From Atopobium sp. (GTDB lineage: Bacteria > Actinomycetota > Coriobacteriia > Coriobacteriales > Atopobiaceae), in the NCBI GenBank assembly GCA_018380095.1, contig JAGZUI010000001.1, positions 172,111-236,110 on the forward strand: a stretch of DNA of 64,000 bases, in the 5' to 3' direction. The position numbers and the translations under genes are program-made. The notes beneath the pieces are model-generated. The model searched no databases. It worked only from the letters and a program-made list of their open reading frames with translations, and was not told the DNA's origin. This document shows, piece after piece, positions 9,166-19,485 of this stretch (position 1 is the first letter of the stretch; each line of letters begins with the position of its first letter).

Positions 9166-9561
9166 TTACTTAGCTTCAAGAGACTTTTTGACTTTATGAG
9201 ATCCTCGAGCAACAGCACTTGCCATTGCTAATAGCGCAAACAGCTCAATAAACTGCAAGGTAACAGATGGTTTAAGTACCAACTGTCCAACAACAATAGC
9301 GGCTAATACAACGCATGATCCAAAAATCATGGGATAAGCAGCTGCAGCTCTATTAGGTACATTAGCCTCTCTAGCTGCATAACCGCCCGTGAGAAGCGAG
9401 ATCATACTTGCAAGCAAAAGAATGGCGGAATCAATTGATGGACCGGCACCAATTACAAGAACCGCAACATTAACAAGACCTAAAAGTCCGCCAACCAAAA
9501 GCGCCAGACTAAAGAGCTTCATTTTACGAGTCTCAGGAGTCATATATCCCCTATCTATCAA
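9166..9561 (-). CDS. hypothetical small membrane protein (about 4 TM)
   Basis: 131 aa ORF, hydrophobic, no recognisable family. Confidence 0.5.
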   Translation of the reverse strand: MIDRGYMTPETRKMKLFSLALLVGGLLGLVNVAVLVIGAGPSIDSAILLLASMISLLTGGYAAREANVPNRAAAAYPMIFGSCVVLAAIVVGQLVLKPSVTLQFIELFALLAMASAVARGSHKVKKSLEAK

Positions 9562-9636
9562 ATATCACTTTGGCTATTGTACCCGTCTTTTATATAAATT
9601 AAGTAATCGAATCATTGAACGGTAGAGTGTTTCGGT

Positions 9637-9672
9637 AAAAGAAATGGCGAGAAAACCAAAGGATTTCTCGCC
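9637..9672 (-). terminator. intrinsic terminator downstream of tRNA-Met
   Basis: GGCGAGAAA ... TTTCTCGCC 9-bp stem then TTTCTTTT on minus strand. Confidence 0.75.
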
Positions 9673-9683
9673 ACTAGTGTATT

Positions 9684-9759
9684 TGGTGGGCCCAGAGGGA
9701 TTTGAACCCCCAACCCAGGGATTATGAGTCCCCTGCGCTAACCGTTGCGCCATGAGCCC
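9684..9759 (-). tRNA. tRNA-Met (CAT), elongator type (or tRNA-Ile lysidine type); CCA encoded
   Basis: Manual fold: acceptor GGGCTCA/TGGGCCC with G1:C72 pair, anticodon loop CTCATAA; anticodon stem lacks the three consecutive G:C pairs of initiator tRNA. Confidence 0.85.
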
Positions 9760-9764
9760 GTAAG

Positions 9765-9790
9765 AAAAAAGCGGCGACTGATGCCGCCGC
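9765..9790 (-). terminator. intrinsic terminator between tRNA-Ala and tRNA-Met
   Basis: GCGGCG ... CGCCGC stem followed by T6 on minus strand. Confidence 0.7.
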
Positions 9791-9799
9791 CAGAATGCG

Positions 9800-9875
9800 T
9801 GGTGGAGAATAGGGGGATCGAACCCCTGACCTCATGACTGCCAGTCATGCGCTCTCCCAGCTGAGCTAATTCCCC
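9800..9875 (-). tRNA. tRNA-Ala (GGC), CCA encoded
   Basis: Manual fold: G3:U70 identity pair in acceptor stem (GGGGAAT/ATTCTCC), anticodon stem CATGA/TCATG loop CTGGCAG. Confidence 0.9.
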
Positions 9876-9949
9876 GAACGTGGTGCGGGAAATACTATAG
9901 CAAACCAAAGCTCTGTTTTTCTCGACAATTTTGTAATTGGTTGTATATT

Positions 9950-11665
9950 TTAAAGCTCGCGCTCTGGAAGGATCTTCTCGGCCAGCCAAGAGCCAACTTC
10001 ATCAAGGGCAACCTCAAAGCGTTCACCGGTAGCACGCTCTTTGACTTCTGCAACGCCGTTTGCAACGCCCTTCTTGCCCACAATAACCTGCCATGGGAAG
10101 CCGATAAGATCTGCGTCTGCAAACTTAACACCAGGACGCTCTGCACGATCATCAACAACAGTCTCAAGACCAGCAGCAACGCAAGCGTCAGCTACAGAAC
10201 CTGCTGCATCCCAAATCTCTGGGTCTTTGTCAGAGAGACAAAGAACAGAAACCTCATAAGGAGCAACAGAGACTGGCCACTTGATGCCCTTCTCGTCATT
10301 GTATTGTTCAACAACAGCAGCAAGCAGCCTGGAAACACCAATGCCGTAGCAGCCCATAACCAGAGGCTTATCCTCGCCGTTTTCGTCGGTGAAGGTGGCG
10401 TTAAGGGCTGAAGAGTACTTGGTGCCAAGCTGGAAGACCTGGCCAACCTCAATACCGCGAGCAGCATGCAAAGGAAGTCCGCACTCAGGGCAAATATCGC
10501 CCTCCTGAGAAGTGACAAGGTCTTTCCACTCGTTAATCTCAAAGTCACGACCAAGCTCAACGTGATCAAGGTGATAATCTGCCTTGTTAGCGCCGCAGAG
10601 CCACCACTGACTATCCTCAAGAGAGAGGTCTCCAACAACGCGGATACCCTCAGGTAGACCAACAGGTCCAATGAAGCCCTTGATGAGGCCATACTCTTCA
10701 AGCTCTTCATCGGTCATCATGTGATAGTCACCAAAGACGTGCTCTGCCTTAACCTCATTGAGCTCATGAGTACCTGGAACAAAGCACACAACTGGCTTAC
10801 CGTTTCCGTCAACAAGTGCAAGAGCCTTGCGAGTTGCTGCTGGTGAAACGTGAAGGAACTCAGCAACATCATCAATGGAGCCAATGCCAGGAGTGTGAAT
10901 CTCACACATCTTGCCAGACTCACGCTCTTCTACGTTGATCTTTGCTGCAGCTGCCTCAGTATCTGCAGCATAGCCGCAATCGCAGTAGACCAGACTTGCC
11001 TCGCCAGCCTCTGCCAGCGCCATAAACTCAACAGAGGTGTCTCCACCAATCTGACCAGAGTCTGCAACTACCTGAAGAGCCTTAAGACGTGTGCGGTCAC
11101 AAACGTTCTGGTAAGCAACCTTTTCCTGGTCATAGCATTCTTGCAGCGACTCTTGATTTGCCGAGAAGGAATATCCGTCTTTCATAATGAACTCACGGCC
11201 ACGCATAAGACCAAAGCGTGGACGACGCTCGTCACGGAACTTATCCTGAATCTGATAGAGCGTTACAGGAAGCTGTTTATAGCTCTTGAGCTCATTTCTA
11301 ATAAGGTCTGTGAAGGTTTCCTCGTGAGTTGGGCCAAGAGCAAACTGACGATCATGACGGTCATGCATACGCATGAGCTCGTCTCCGTAGACGTCCCAAC
11401 GACCAGACTCTTCCCAGAGCTCAGCTGGAGTCATGATAGGAACAAGAATCTCCTGAGCACCAATACCGTCCATCTCATCGCGGATGATGGCCTCAATCTT
11501 TAAAAGAGAGCGCCATGCAAGTGGCAGATAAGAGTAAAGACCAGCAGCGGTCTTTCTAATCATGCCAGCACGAAGGAGCAGGCGGTGACTTGCAAGTACA
11601 GCCTCAGCTGGGTCTTCTTTGAGCGTTGGTGCATACAAAGAAGACATGCGCATCCAGTGCTTCAA
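9950..11665 (-). CDS. proS: prolyl-tRNA synthetase (bacterial type with editing insertion)
   Basis: 571 aa class II aaRS with ProRS motifs; conserved position after ispG/rseP. Confidence 0.95.
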   Translation of the reverse strand: MKHWMRMSSLYAPTLKEDPAEAVLASHRLLLRAGMIRKTAAGLYSYLPLAWRSLLKIEAIIRDEMDGIGAQEILVPIMTPAELWEESGRWDVYGDELMRMHDRHDRQFALGPTHEETFTDLIRNELKSYKQLPVTLYQIQDKFRDERRPRFGLMRGREFIMKDGYSFSANQESLQECYDQEKVAYQNVCDRTRLKALQVVADSGQIGGDTSVEFMALAEAGEASLVYCDCGYAADTEAAAAKINVEERESGKMCEIHTPGIGSIDDVAEFLHVSPAATRKALALVDGNGKPVVCFVPGTHELNEVKAEHVFGDYHMMTDEELEEYGLIKGFIGPVGLPEGIRVVGDLSLEDSQWWLCGANKADYHLDHVELGRDFEINEWKDLVTSQEGDICPECGLPLHAARGIEVGQVFQLGTKYSSALNATFTDENGEDKPLVMGCYGIGVSRLLAAVVEQYNDEKGIKWPVSVAPYEVSVLCLSDKDPEIWDAAGSVADACVAAGLETVVDDRAERPGVKFADADLIGFPWQVIVGKKGVANGVAEVKERATGERFEVALDEVGSWLAEKILPEREL

Positions 11666-11705
11666 GGTAGTTTCCTTTCAATATGAAGTAATACGTATAG
11701 TTTAC

Positions 11706-12779
11706 TTATTTTTTGCCAAAACGATTCTCAATTTCGGCGAATAGCTCATCAACAATCTTATCTTCAGGCACTTTTCTAATAGGATTGCCGTTTTCAAACA
11801 ACACTGCCTGACCTTTGCCGCAGGCAACGCCAAGGTCAACGCCCCTAGCCTCACCAGGTCCGTTAACAACGCAACCCATGACCGCCACAGAAATTGGAGC
11901 ACGAACGCCATCCAGACGCTTGGTAACTTCCTCTGCAATAGGAATCATGTCAACGCCACACCTGCCGCACGTAGGACAGCTTACCAGCTCTGGCTTAATA
12001 CGACGCATGCCAAGAGCTGCAAGAAGCTCCCATGCTACATGAATTTCTTCTACAGGATCAGCCGTCAGAGACAGACGCATGGTATCACCAATACCACTCT
12101 CAAGCAGAATGCCAACTGCGGCAGAATTCTTTACCGTTCCCTGCCTCAGTGCGCCAGCCTCCGTAACACCTACATGCAGAGGAATCTGTGGAAGCTCCTT
12201 TGAAAGTGCGCGATAGACCGCAAGCGTAGTGAGGACATCGTGAGCCTTTGCGGACAAGACAATATCCTCAAAACCGCGAGAAGAAAAATGCTCTACAAAT
12301 GACTTTGACGAAGCCACGAGTTTCTCGACAAGAGTCATATCTTGTCTTGTATCAAATTCTTTAGCAAGAGAGCCTGCATTGACACCAATTCTGATAGGAA
12401 TATGGGCCTCTTTAGCTGCATCAATAACAGCGTCCACGCGTTCCATAGAACCAATGTTTCCTGGGTTAATACGAAGAGCTGCCGCACCTCGCTTTGCAGC
12501 TTCAAGCGCAAGCTTGTAGTCAAAGTGAATATCGGCAACAACAGGAAGTGGCGAGTATTTGCAAATCTCTTCAAAACCATCGAGGGCCTTTGCGTCTGGA
12601 ATTGCCACACGGATAATCTCGCACCCCGCCTCGGCAAGCCCCTTGATCTGAAGGAGCGTTGCGTCTGGATCATCTGTTTTAGTGGTGCACATAGACTGAA
12701 CGGAAACGGGAGCACCGCCGCCAACCTGGACAGATCCAACCATGACGGGATGAGTTTTTGTGCGAGCAATCTCAGACAT
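11706..12779 (-). CDS. ispG: 4-hydroxy-3-methylbut-2-en-1-yl diphosphate synthase
   Basis: 357 aa, IspG/GcpE N-terminus and C-terminal Cys cluster (CPTCGRC). Confidence 0.95.
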   Translation of the reverse strand: MSEIARTKTHPVMVGSVQVGGGAPVSVQSMCTTKTDDPDATLLQIKGLAEAGCEIIRVAIPDAKALDGFEEICKYSPLPVVADIHFDYKLALEAAKRGAAALRINPGNIGSMERVDAVIDAAKEAHIPIRIGVNAGSLAKEFDTRQDMTLVEKLVASSKSFVEHFSSRGFEDIVLSAKAHDVLTTLAVYRALSKELPQIPLHVGVTEAGALRQGTVKNSAAVGILLESGIGDTMRLSLTADPVEEIHVAWELLAALGMRRIKPELVSCPTCGRCGVDMIPIAEEVTKRLDGVRAPISVAVMGCVVNGPGEARGVDLGVACGKGQAVLFENGNPIRKVPEDKIVDELFAEIENRFGKK

Positions 12780-12787
12780 AAAATCAG

Positions 12788-14170
12788 CTACCTAAAAAGT
12801 AAATGAAGAATATCGTTTCTCAGTGCAACAACAAAGACAAATAGGAAAAACGCCAGTCCAATGTAAGACAAAATGTTTTGAACCTTGATGGACAGAGGCT
12901 TTCTAATAATCACCTGAATTACCTCAATCAGAATCTTTCCACCGTCAAGAGGTGGAATAGGTAAAAGATTCATGAATCCAAGTGACATGGAAATAGCTGC
13001 TACCAGCATAATAAGGGTCGAGAAACCCTCTGCAGCAGCTTCTGATGCCATTACAGAAATTCCTACAACAGAAGACGACTGGTTGAGAACTTCCATGGTC
13101 TGCGTTGGTATGAGCAGTCTGAGCGCAAACTGACCAACCTGTGCGGCATACGATACAGCAGCAGCAGATGCGTCAATAAACGAGAAGTGATAGGTGGTCA
13201 TGACAGGTGTCACGCCGATGATTTTATCGTCAGGACGCAAAACAGGTTTAATGGTAGTTTCAAGTTGAATGCCATTACGCTCATACGTGACTGGGATATC
13301 CTTGCCTCCATTGGACATTGCATCCTTGATAGCAGCAGTAAGGTCTTCCCAGGTATGCACCTCTACTTTGTTAAAGGTAAGAATGGTGTCTCCGGGAGTA
13401 AGGCCTGAAATAGCAGCAAGAGAGCCAGATTCAACGGATCCAAGCTGAGCCTTATTTTGAGCAGCAGGAATGCCAACAAACATCAAAGAGCCCACAACAA
13501 GCACAAAGGCCAGCGCAATGTTGACCAAAGGTCCGCCCAAAATCATGAGCAGGCGCTTGGGAACATTTACACCAACATACGTATGAGCCTTTTCTTGAGC
13601 AAAGAAATCATCAGCGGACATCTGTGGAACACGAGGCTCCCCTGCTGCCGTTGAGCCTTCAAGCTCAAAGTTGTGACCACGATCATACTCACAGCGAAGC
13701 TCAGCGTCTCGCGCAAGCGTCTGAAACGTGGTGTGCGCTAGCTCATCTGACTCTTTGACAAGCTCAATGGAGCCCCAATCTGCAAGGGTATACAGCAGAT
13801 TGTAGGCGCGCTCATCCTCACAGTTAAGTTTTGCTGCAAGAGCACCAACCTCAAGTGAACCAGCTTCTTGAACGCTTATCAAAGCCTGTGGAAGCAGCTC
13901 ATCAAGCTCGCCTTCCATGCCACAAATGCGCGTATAGCCACCAAAAAGAAGTGGGGTCACGCCAACCTCAGTACCGTATTTTTTGCTCTTGTGAGAAAGC
14001 TTGTACTTGAACGGCATACCCAAGAAGAACTCAGTAACACGGACACCACACAGGCGAGCCATACCGTAATGACCAGCCTCGTGAACAAATACAAGGAGCG
14101 AGAGGACCAAGAGTCCCCAAAAAATTGGTGAGAGAATAGCTAACAAATTCACAAAATTCCTATCCCACAA
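12788..14170 (-). CDS. rseP: RIP site-2 metalloprotease RseP/RasP family (M50 with PDZ), carrying an extra acidic cytoplasmic insertion
   Basis: HEAGH in TM1, PDZ-like GLTPGDTIL, LPIPPLDGG; about 100 extra residues between TM1 and TM2. Confidence 0.9.
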   Translation of the reverse strand: MWDRNFVNLLAILSPIFWGLLVLSLLVFVHEAGHYGMARLCGVRVTEFFLGMPFKYKLSHKSKKYGTEVGVTPLLFGGYTRICGMEGELDELLPQALISVQEAGSLEVGALAAKLNCEDERAYNLLYTLADWGSIELVKESDELAHTTFQTLARDAELRCEYDRGHNFELEGSTAAGEPRVPQMSADDFFAQEKAHTYVGVNVPKRLLMILGGPLVNIALAFVLVVGSLMFVGIPAAQNKAQLGSVESGSLAAISGLTPGDTILTFNKVEVHTWEDLTAAIKDAMSNGGKDIPVTYERNGIQLETTIKPVLRPDDKIIGVTPVMTTYHFSFIDASAAAVSYAAQVGQFALRLLIPTQTMEVLNQSSSVVGISVMASEAAAEGFSTLIMLVAAISMSLGFMNLLPIPPLDGGKILIEVIQVIIRKPLSIKVQNILSYIGLAFFLFVFVVALRNDILHLLFR

Positions 14171-15347
14171 AAGAACGAGCTAAAGCTCGTGCTTCTGCGT
14201 CTACAAGCGTCAATTGTTGAAGGTCTTCTACCCTTTGGACATGAGAGGCATTCATGGTCTCTGCAACAATGCGCTCAATATCAAGAAATGAACATCTTCC
14301 TCGCCTGAATGCATGGTTAGCAACTTCATTAGCAGCATTCATGATGCATGGAAGCGTTCCACCAACAGTTCCCGCGTGGCGAGCAAGAGCTAGGCATCCA
14401 AAGGTTTTCTCGTCAGCATAATCTCCTGTGAGAGGAGCTGTCTCTTGCCACTCAACCGGCTTGGCGATTGCCGGCCAACGGTGCGGATAGCTCAGCGCAA
14501 ACTGGATTGGCAACCTCATGTCAGAGGCTCCAAGCTGCGCCTTTACGGAACCGTCCACAAACTCAACCATAGAGTGGATGCGGCTCTGACGATGCACCAG
14601 CACCTCAAGCTTGTCCATTGGAGTATCAAAGAGATGATGAGCTTCAATGAGCTCAAGGCCCTTGTTCATGAGCGTTGCGCAGTCGATGGTAATCTTGGCA
14701 CCCATCTTCCAGGTTGGATGTGCCAAGGCGTCGTCGGCCGAAACGTGTTTGAGCTGCTCGCGAGAATATCCGAAGAACGGACCACCAGAGCAGGTCAGCC
14801 AAATCCTCTGAATATCAGCAGGGTTCTCGCCAATAAGGCACTGGAAGATGGCGCTGTGCTCAGAATCAACGGGGATGAGCTGACCAGGCTTGACCAGAGG
14901 CATCAGGAGGTCTCCGCCAACAACAATGGACTCCTTGTTGGCGTATGCCAGCACCTTGCCAGCCTTTACAGCGGCAAGACCAGCGTAAATGCCAGCCTCT
15001 CCCACCACTGCGTTGACCACGCAGTCAACCTCGTCCAGCTCCGCAAGCGCCTGAACTGCCTCGGGACCAAAGCTTGCCTTGCAGCCTTGAGGCAGTGCGT
15101 CGAGAAGAACGTTGCCCTTGACACTTGTATCGGCAAAAGCAACATATTTGCAGTTGAACTCATTTGCTGCCTTCACGGCAAACTCAGCCGACGACCTCAC
15201 CGCAAGGGCAACTACCTGCACCTTTTGCGGGAAATGACGGCATACATCAAGCGTCTGCATGCCCACAGAGCCCGAAGCTCCAAGGACAGCAACACGTAAA
15301 GGCTCATGCCTTACAGCACGAGGCGCAGTGTCTTCAAAAATGCTCAA
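14160..15347 (-). CDS. dxr: 1-deoxy-D-xylulose 5-phosphate reductoisomerase
   Basis: 395 aa, N-terminal Rossmann VAVLGASGSVG, Dxr family; overlaps rseP start by 11 nt. Confidence 0.95.
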   Translation of the reverse strand: MSIFEDTAPRAVRHEPLRVAVLGASGSVGMQTLDVCRHFPQKVQVVALAVRSSAEFAVKAANEFNCKYVAFADTSVKGNVLLDALPQGCKASFGPEAVQALAELDEVDCVVNAVVGEAGIYAGLAAVKAGKVLAYANKESIVVGGDLLMPLVKPGQLIPVDSEHSAIFQCLIGENPADIQRIWLTCSGGPFFGYSREQLKHVSADDALAHPTWKMGAKITIDCATLMNKGLELIEAHHLFDTPMDKLEVLVHRQSRIHSMVEFVDGSVKAQLGASDMRLPIQFALSYPHRWPAIAKPVEWQETAPLTGDYADEKTFGCLALARHAGTVGGTLPCIMNAANEVANHAFRRGRCSFLDIERIVAETMNASHVQRVEDLQQLTLVDAEARALARSFVG

Positions 15348-15350
15348 AAC

Positions 15351-16379
15351 CTATGCTCCAAACGGCAGCGCAATAGGAAGCTTGACCTGGCTAAAGAGCA
15401 CGGCAAGCTGAAAGAGAAGAAACGCCGCCATAGTTCCAAAAATCATCGAATCAGTTCTATCAAGCAGGCCACCATGACCAGGCATAATTGAACCGGAGTC
15501 TTTAAGTCCTACGCCTCGCTTAATGCGAGACTCAAAGAGGTCTCCCACAACGGAGAAAATACCCTCAGTTACGCCAAAGAGCAGCGCAAACAGAGGATTC
15601 ATGTCAATTGCACCAAACACGGCAATCAAGAACCACACCAGCATTGAGCCTAAAAGGCCACCGTAGAAGCCTTCCCAGCTCTTATTTGGAGAAATTCTTG
15701 GTGCCAGTTTATGCTTGCCAAATTTAGATCCAAACAAATACGCAAAAGAATCGTTAGCCCACACAGAGAGCATGACGGCAAGCGTGATCCAAGGAATAGA
15801 AAAACTAGGCTCTGTGGACCTCAGCAGCACTACCGTTGAAAGTGAGAGCGACGTATACAGAGGTCCAAAGGCCGTAACCGCCACGTCTGCAAGGTTTGCT
15901 CGCGGAGTAAGGACATACCAAAGGCCACAAAGGATAATCAAAAGCAGGGAGAATGCCAGCGGAAAGACATGACCAAAATACGCAATTATGGGGAAAATAA
16001 GCGAGAAAACAAGGCCAAGAGGCTCGTTTGGCATACGTCCGCCCATGCGACAAATGTGGAAAAACTCAGAGCAGCACAGCCATCCCATACCAGCAATCAA
16101 AACAATGGTGGCTTCTTTGCCCACAAACAGAGCAGCAAGCACAATAGCTGCATAGACTACGCCAGACAGAGTTCTGGTCAAAAGCTTTTCGGTAACGCCA
16201 CGGACTCGCTGGCCCATAAGGTTACCAGCAGATCGTTGCAGCTCTTTAAGTGAGCGACGAATCTCCAGCTTTTCTATCTGTCTATCAATTCCAACACTAC
16301 CTGTTTCTTCAGGATTTAACTGAGAGTCTGCATCAATCCTGGAAGTAGGCTTTTTGGAATCGCGCGTATTGTCCACCAC
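15351..16379 (-). CDS. cdsA: phosphatidate cytidylyltransferase with N-terminal extension
   Basis: 342 aa polytopic membrane protein with CDP-diglyceride synthase C-terminal signature; 1-nt overlap with uppS stop. Confidence 0.85.
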   Translation of the reverse strand: MVDNTRDSKKPTSRIDADSQLNPEETGSVGIDRQIEKLEIRRSLKELQRSAGNLMGQRVRGVTEKLLTRTLSGVVYAAIVLAALFVGKEATIVLIAGMGWLCCSEFFHICRMGGRMPNEPLGLVFSLIFPIIAYFGHVFPLAFSLLLIILCGLWYVLTPRANLADVAVTAFGPLYTSLSLSTVVLLRSTEPSFSIPWITLAVMLSVWANDSFAYLFGSKFGKHKLAPRISPNKSWEGFYGGLLGSMLVWFLIAVFGAIDMNPLFALLFGVTEGIFSVVGDLFESRIKRGVGLKDSGSIMPGHGGLLDRTDSMIFGTMAAFLLFQLAVLFSQVKLPIALPFGA

Positions 16380-17158
16380 TATTTCACTCCTCCGAATCGC
16401 CTCTCGCGACTCTGATAGTCCTTAATGGCGCGCAAAAAATCCCACTTAGAGAAGTCAGGCCAGTAAGTTTGCGTAACATACAGCTCCGAGTAAGCCAGCT
16501 GCCATAGCAAATAGTTAGAAAGCCTTAGCTCTCCTGACGTGCGAATCAAAAGGTCTGGATCAGGAAGTCCTGCCGTATAGAGGTTCTTCTCAAGGTCTGC
16601 TGGAGTCACTGAGTCAGCAGACACACTGCCCTCAGCAATTTGATTGGCGAGAAGAACAGCTGCCCTAGTCAGCTCCGCGCGAGAGCCATAATTGACCGCA
16701 AGCGCAAACGTCATACCAGTATTTTGTGCGGTCTCATCAAGTCCGCGCTGGAAGGTCTTACGGGTCTTCTCAGGCAAAGCCTCAAGGTCACCAAAGAAAC
16801 GCAGCTTAACGTTTTCTTGGTGGAATAGTGGAAGTTCTTTAAGAAGCGTCTCTGCAAACAGACGCATGAGCAAGTCAACCTCACGCTGAGGGCGTTTCCA
16901 GTTTTCAGTGGAGAACGCATAAACTGACAGAACGTCCAAACCAAGGCGCACACTTGTAGTAACAGCCTCACGCAAAGAAAGAACACCGGCCTTATGACCT
17001 TCGGTTCTGTCAAGTCCGCGAGCCGTAGCCCATCTACCGTTTCCATCCATAATGATGGAAACGTGAGACGGAATAGTTTCTAAATTGATATCAGCAAGAC
17101 TGATATCTTCTGGTGCGTCAGAGAAATACTGGACGAGCTTGTCTGTATCAAACTGCAC
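16379..17158 (-). CDS. uppS: isoprenyl transferase (undecaprenyl diphosphate synthase)
   Basis: 259 aa, MDGNGRWA motif. Confidence 0.95.
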   Translation of the reverse strand: MQFDTDKLVQYFSDAPEDISLADINLETIPSHVSIIMDGNGRWATARGLDRTEGHKAGVLSLREAVTTSVRLGLDVLSVYAFSTENWKRPQREVDLLMRLFAETLLKELPLFHQENVKLRFFGDLEALPEKTRKTFQRGLDETAQNTGMTFALAVNYGSRAELTRAAVLLANQIAEGSVSADSVTPADLEKNLYTAGLPDPDLLIRTSGELRLSNYLLWQLAYSELYVTQTYWPDFSKWDFLRAIKDYQSRERRFGGVK

Positions 17159-17704
17159 TTAAATCTCCATGATTTCTGAAGTCTTGGTCTTAAGAAGAGA
17201 CTCAATCTGTGCAATATAGGTATCAGTCAACTTCTGAATACCGTTCTTCTCGCGCTTCTGATCGTCCTCAGATAGCTCCTCATCGCGCTCAATCTTGCCA
17301 TTAATGTCACGACGGACGTTACGAACAGCTACGCGAGCTTCCTCAGCAATCTGAGAGCACTCTTTAGCAAGCTCACGACGGCGCTCCTCGGTTGGCATTG
17401 GGAAAGGAAGCCTGATAGCAGAGCCATCATTAGATGGAGTAATACCAAGGTCAGAAGTCTCAATGGCCTTCTCGATGCTCTTTAGAGCAGTCTTATCCCA
17501 TGGCTCAACAAGCAGCATAGATGCCTCAGGAACCTTGATAGCTGCAAGCTGAGAAATTGGGGTTGGCTGACCATAGTAGTCTACCTTGATGTGATCAAGC
17601 GCATGTGGATTTGCACGACCAGTACGAACACGACCAAAGTTATTCTTAAGTGCCTCGATGCACTTCTCCATAGACTGCTTAGCTTTATCAGAATGAACGC
17701 TCAT
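17159..17704 (-). CDS. frr: ribosome recycling factor
   Basis: 181 aa, Frr family. Confidence 0.95.
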   Translation of the reverse strand: MSVHSDKAKQSMEKCIEALKNNFGRVRTGRANPHALDHIKVDYYGQPTPISQLAAIKVPEASMLLVEPWDKTALKSIEKAIETSDLGITPSNDGSAIRLPFPMPTEERRRELAKECSQIAEEARVAVRNVRRDINGKIERDEELSEDDQKREKNGIQKLTDTYIAQIESLLKTKTSEIMEI

Positions 17705-18453
17705 TAGTCCTCCTCAACGACAGTAGTACCGACTTCTTCTCCGGAAATTGCCTTCATGAAAACGCCTTCAGACTGCATGTCAAATACAAGAATTGGCATC
17801 TTATTATCTTTGCACAGCGCAATTGCTGCAGCGTCCATAACCTTAAGTTCTTTGGCGAGAACATCTTTGTAGGTGACAGTGTCAAACTTAACTGCATCTG
17901 CGTGGGTAACAGGATCGCAGTCGTAAATACCATCTACCTTTGTGGCCTTCATCAGAGCCTCTGCACCAATCTCGCAAGCGCGAAGAGCTGCAGCAGTATC
18001 AGTGGTGAAGTAAGGGTTACCGGTACCTGCAGCAAAGATGACAATACGGCCCTTCTCAAGGTGCCTAATAGCACGACGGCGAATATAAGGCTCTGCAACC
18101 TGAGCCATGGAAATTGCACTCATAACACGGCAATCCATGCCATTGCGCTCAAAACAATCCTGGAGCGAGAGAGCGTTAATTACTGTTGCAAGCATGCCCA
18201 TATTATCGCCCTGGGCACGATCCATGCCAGCTGCTGCCTGAGAAACGCCTCTAAAGATGTTTCCGCCACCAACAACAATGGCAACCTGAACTCCAGACTC
18301 CCAGACAGGCTTAATTTCTTTAGCAAGCATTTCTGGAATTGAAGGGTCAATGCCAAAGGATTGCTCACCCATCAATGCTTCACCAGAAAGCTTTAAAAGT
18401 ACTCTTTTGTATTTAGCTGAAGACAAAGCTTCCTCGCTCTCTCCGTTTGCCAT
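17704..18453 (-). CDS. pyrH: UMP kinase (start moved to ATG at 18453; the ORF-track 5' extension spans a terminator hairpin)
   Basis: [27 protein letters not shown] matches PyrH N-termini; the longer TTG-start ORF (to 18537) runs through the tsf terminator. Confidence 0.9.
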   Translation of the reverse strand: MANGESEEALSSAKYKRVLLKLSGEALMGEQSFGIDPSIPEMLAKEIKPVWESGVQVAIVVGGGNIFRGVSQAAAGMDRAQGDNMGMLATVINALSLQDCFERNGMDCRVMSAISMAQVAEPYIRRRAIRHLEKGRIVIFAAGTGNPYFTTDTAAALRACEIGAEALMKATKVDGIYDCDPVTHADAVKFDTVTYKDVLAKELKVMDAAAIALCKDNKMPILVFDMQSEGVFMKAISGEEVGTTVVEED

Positions 18454-18503
18454 AGTTGTAATAATTTTAACAAACGACACCGTAAGTTTTGCAGGAATCG
18501 CGG

Positions 18504-18536
18504 TAAAAAAAGAGCCGGTTGAAGACAACCGGCTCA
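18504..18536 (-). terminator. intrinsic terminator/attenuator between tsf and pyrH
   Basis: GAGCCGGTT gtcttc AACCGGCTC stem then T8 on minus strand. Confidence 0.7.
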
Positions 18537-18557
18537 AAATAATTAAAGTAAAAACTC

Positions 18558-19430
18558 TTACTCTTCACCAAAAGCAAAACGTACGAAGCTGACAATCTTA
18601 ACCTCGTCGTCAACCTTCTTGGAGAGCAGCTTTGCGTACTCAGAAATGGTCATATCTGGGTCCTTAACAAATGCCTGCTCAGTAAGGACATACTCCTTGT
18701 AGTACTTCTCGAGACGACCATAAGCCATCTTCTCCTGAATAGCCTCAGGCTTGCCGGACTCAGCAGCCTGTGCCTTATAGATGGAGAGCTCGTGATCAAC
18801 GATGTCCTGTGGAACATCCTCACGGCGAGCAGCAACTGGAGCAGCTGCAGCTACCTGCATTGCAACGTCGTGTGCAAAGTTCTTGAAGTCCTGAGACTCA
18901 GCGGTCTCTGGCTTGTTGAACTCAAAGGTAACAATGTCAGCAAGCTTGCCACCAAGGTGGATATAGCTAGCAAGAGCGCCGTTTGCAGCCTCAACACGCT
19001 GGAAGCGAAGAACACGCATGTTCTCGCCGATGTTGTGGATCTTATCGGTGATTGCCTCGTCAACGGTCTCATCGCCAAGCTTAGCAGCCTTGAGCTCCTC
19101 AACGTCAGCTGGGTTGCTCTCAACGACAACTGAAGCAAGATCGCCAGCAAAGCCAGTGAACTGTGGGTTAGTGCCAACAAAGTCAGTCTCGCAGGAAAGC
19201 TCAAGAATTGCGCCAGTCTTGCCATCTGGGCTGATGAAGGTAGCAATGGTGCCCTCGTTGGTGTCACGACCAGCACGCTTAACTGCCTTAGCAACGCCCA
19301 TAGTACGAAGAATATCTACTGCCTTCTCAATATCGCCCTCAGCCTCGACGAGTGCCTTCTTGCACTCCATCATAGGAGAGCTGGTCATATCACGAAGCTG
19401 CTTAACAAGTGCTGCGGTAATCTCTGCCAT
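18558..19430 (-). CDS. tsf: elongation factor Ts
   Basis: 290 aa, EF-Ts N-terminal UBA-like [10 protein letters not shown], downstream of rpsB. Confidence 0.95.
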   Translation of the reverse strand: MAEITAALVKQLRDMTSSPMMECKKALVEAEGDIEKAVDILRTMGVAKAVKRAGRDTNEGTIATFISPDGKTGAILELSCETDFVGTNPQFTGFAGDLASVVVESNPADVEELKAAKLGDETVDEAITDKIHNIGENMRVLRFQRVEAANGALASYIHLGGKLADIVTFEFNKPETAESQDFKNFAHDVAMQVAAAAPVAARREDVPQDIVDHELSIYKAQAAESGKPEAIQEKMAYGRLEKYYKEYVLTEQAFVKDPDMTISEYAKLLSKKVDDEVKIVSFVRFAFGEE

Positions 19431-19485
19431 GTTTTCCTCCCAAAAATCTACTGAATAACTAAATTATTTGACCCGTTGCTAAGAG

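Noticed and set aside
9684-9759. tRNA-Met as initiator tRNA
   Set aside because: It has a G1:C72 base pair and only two G:C pairs at the bottom of the anticodon stem. It is elongator Met or lysidine-Ile type.
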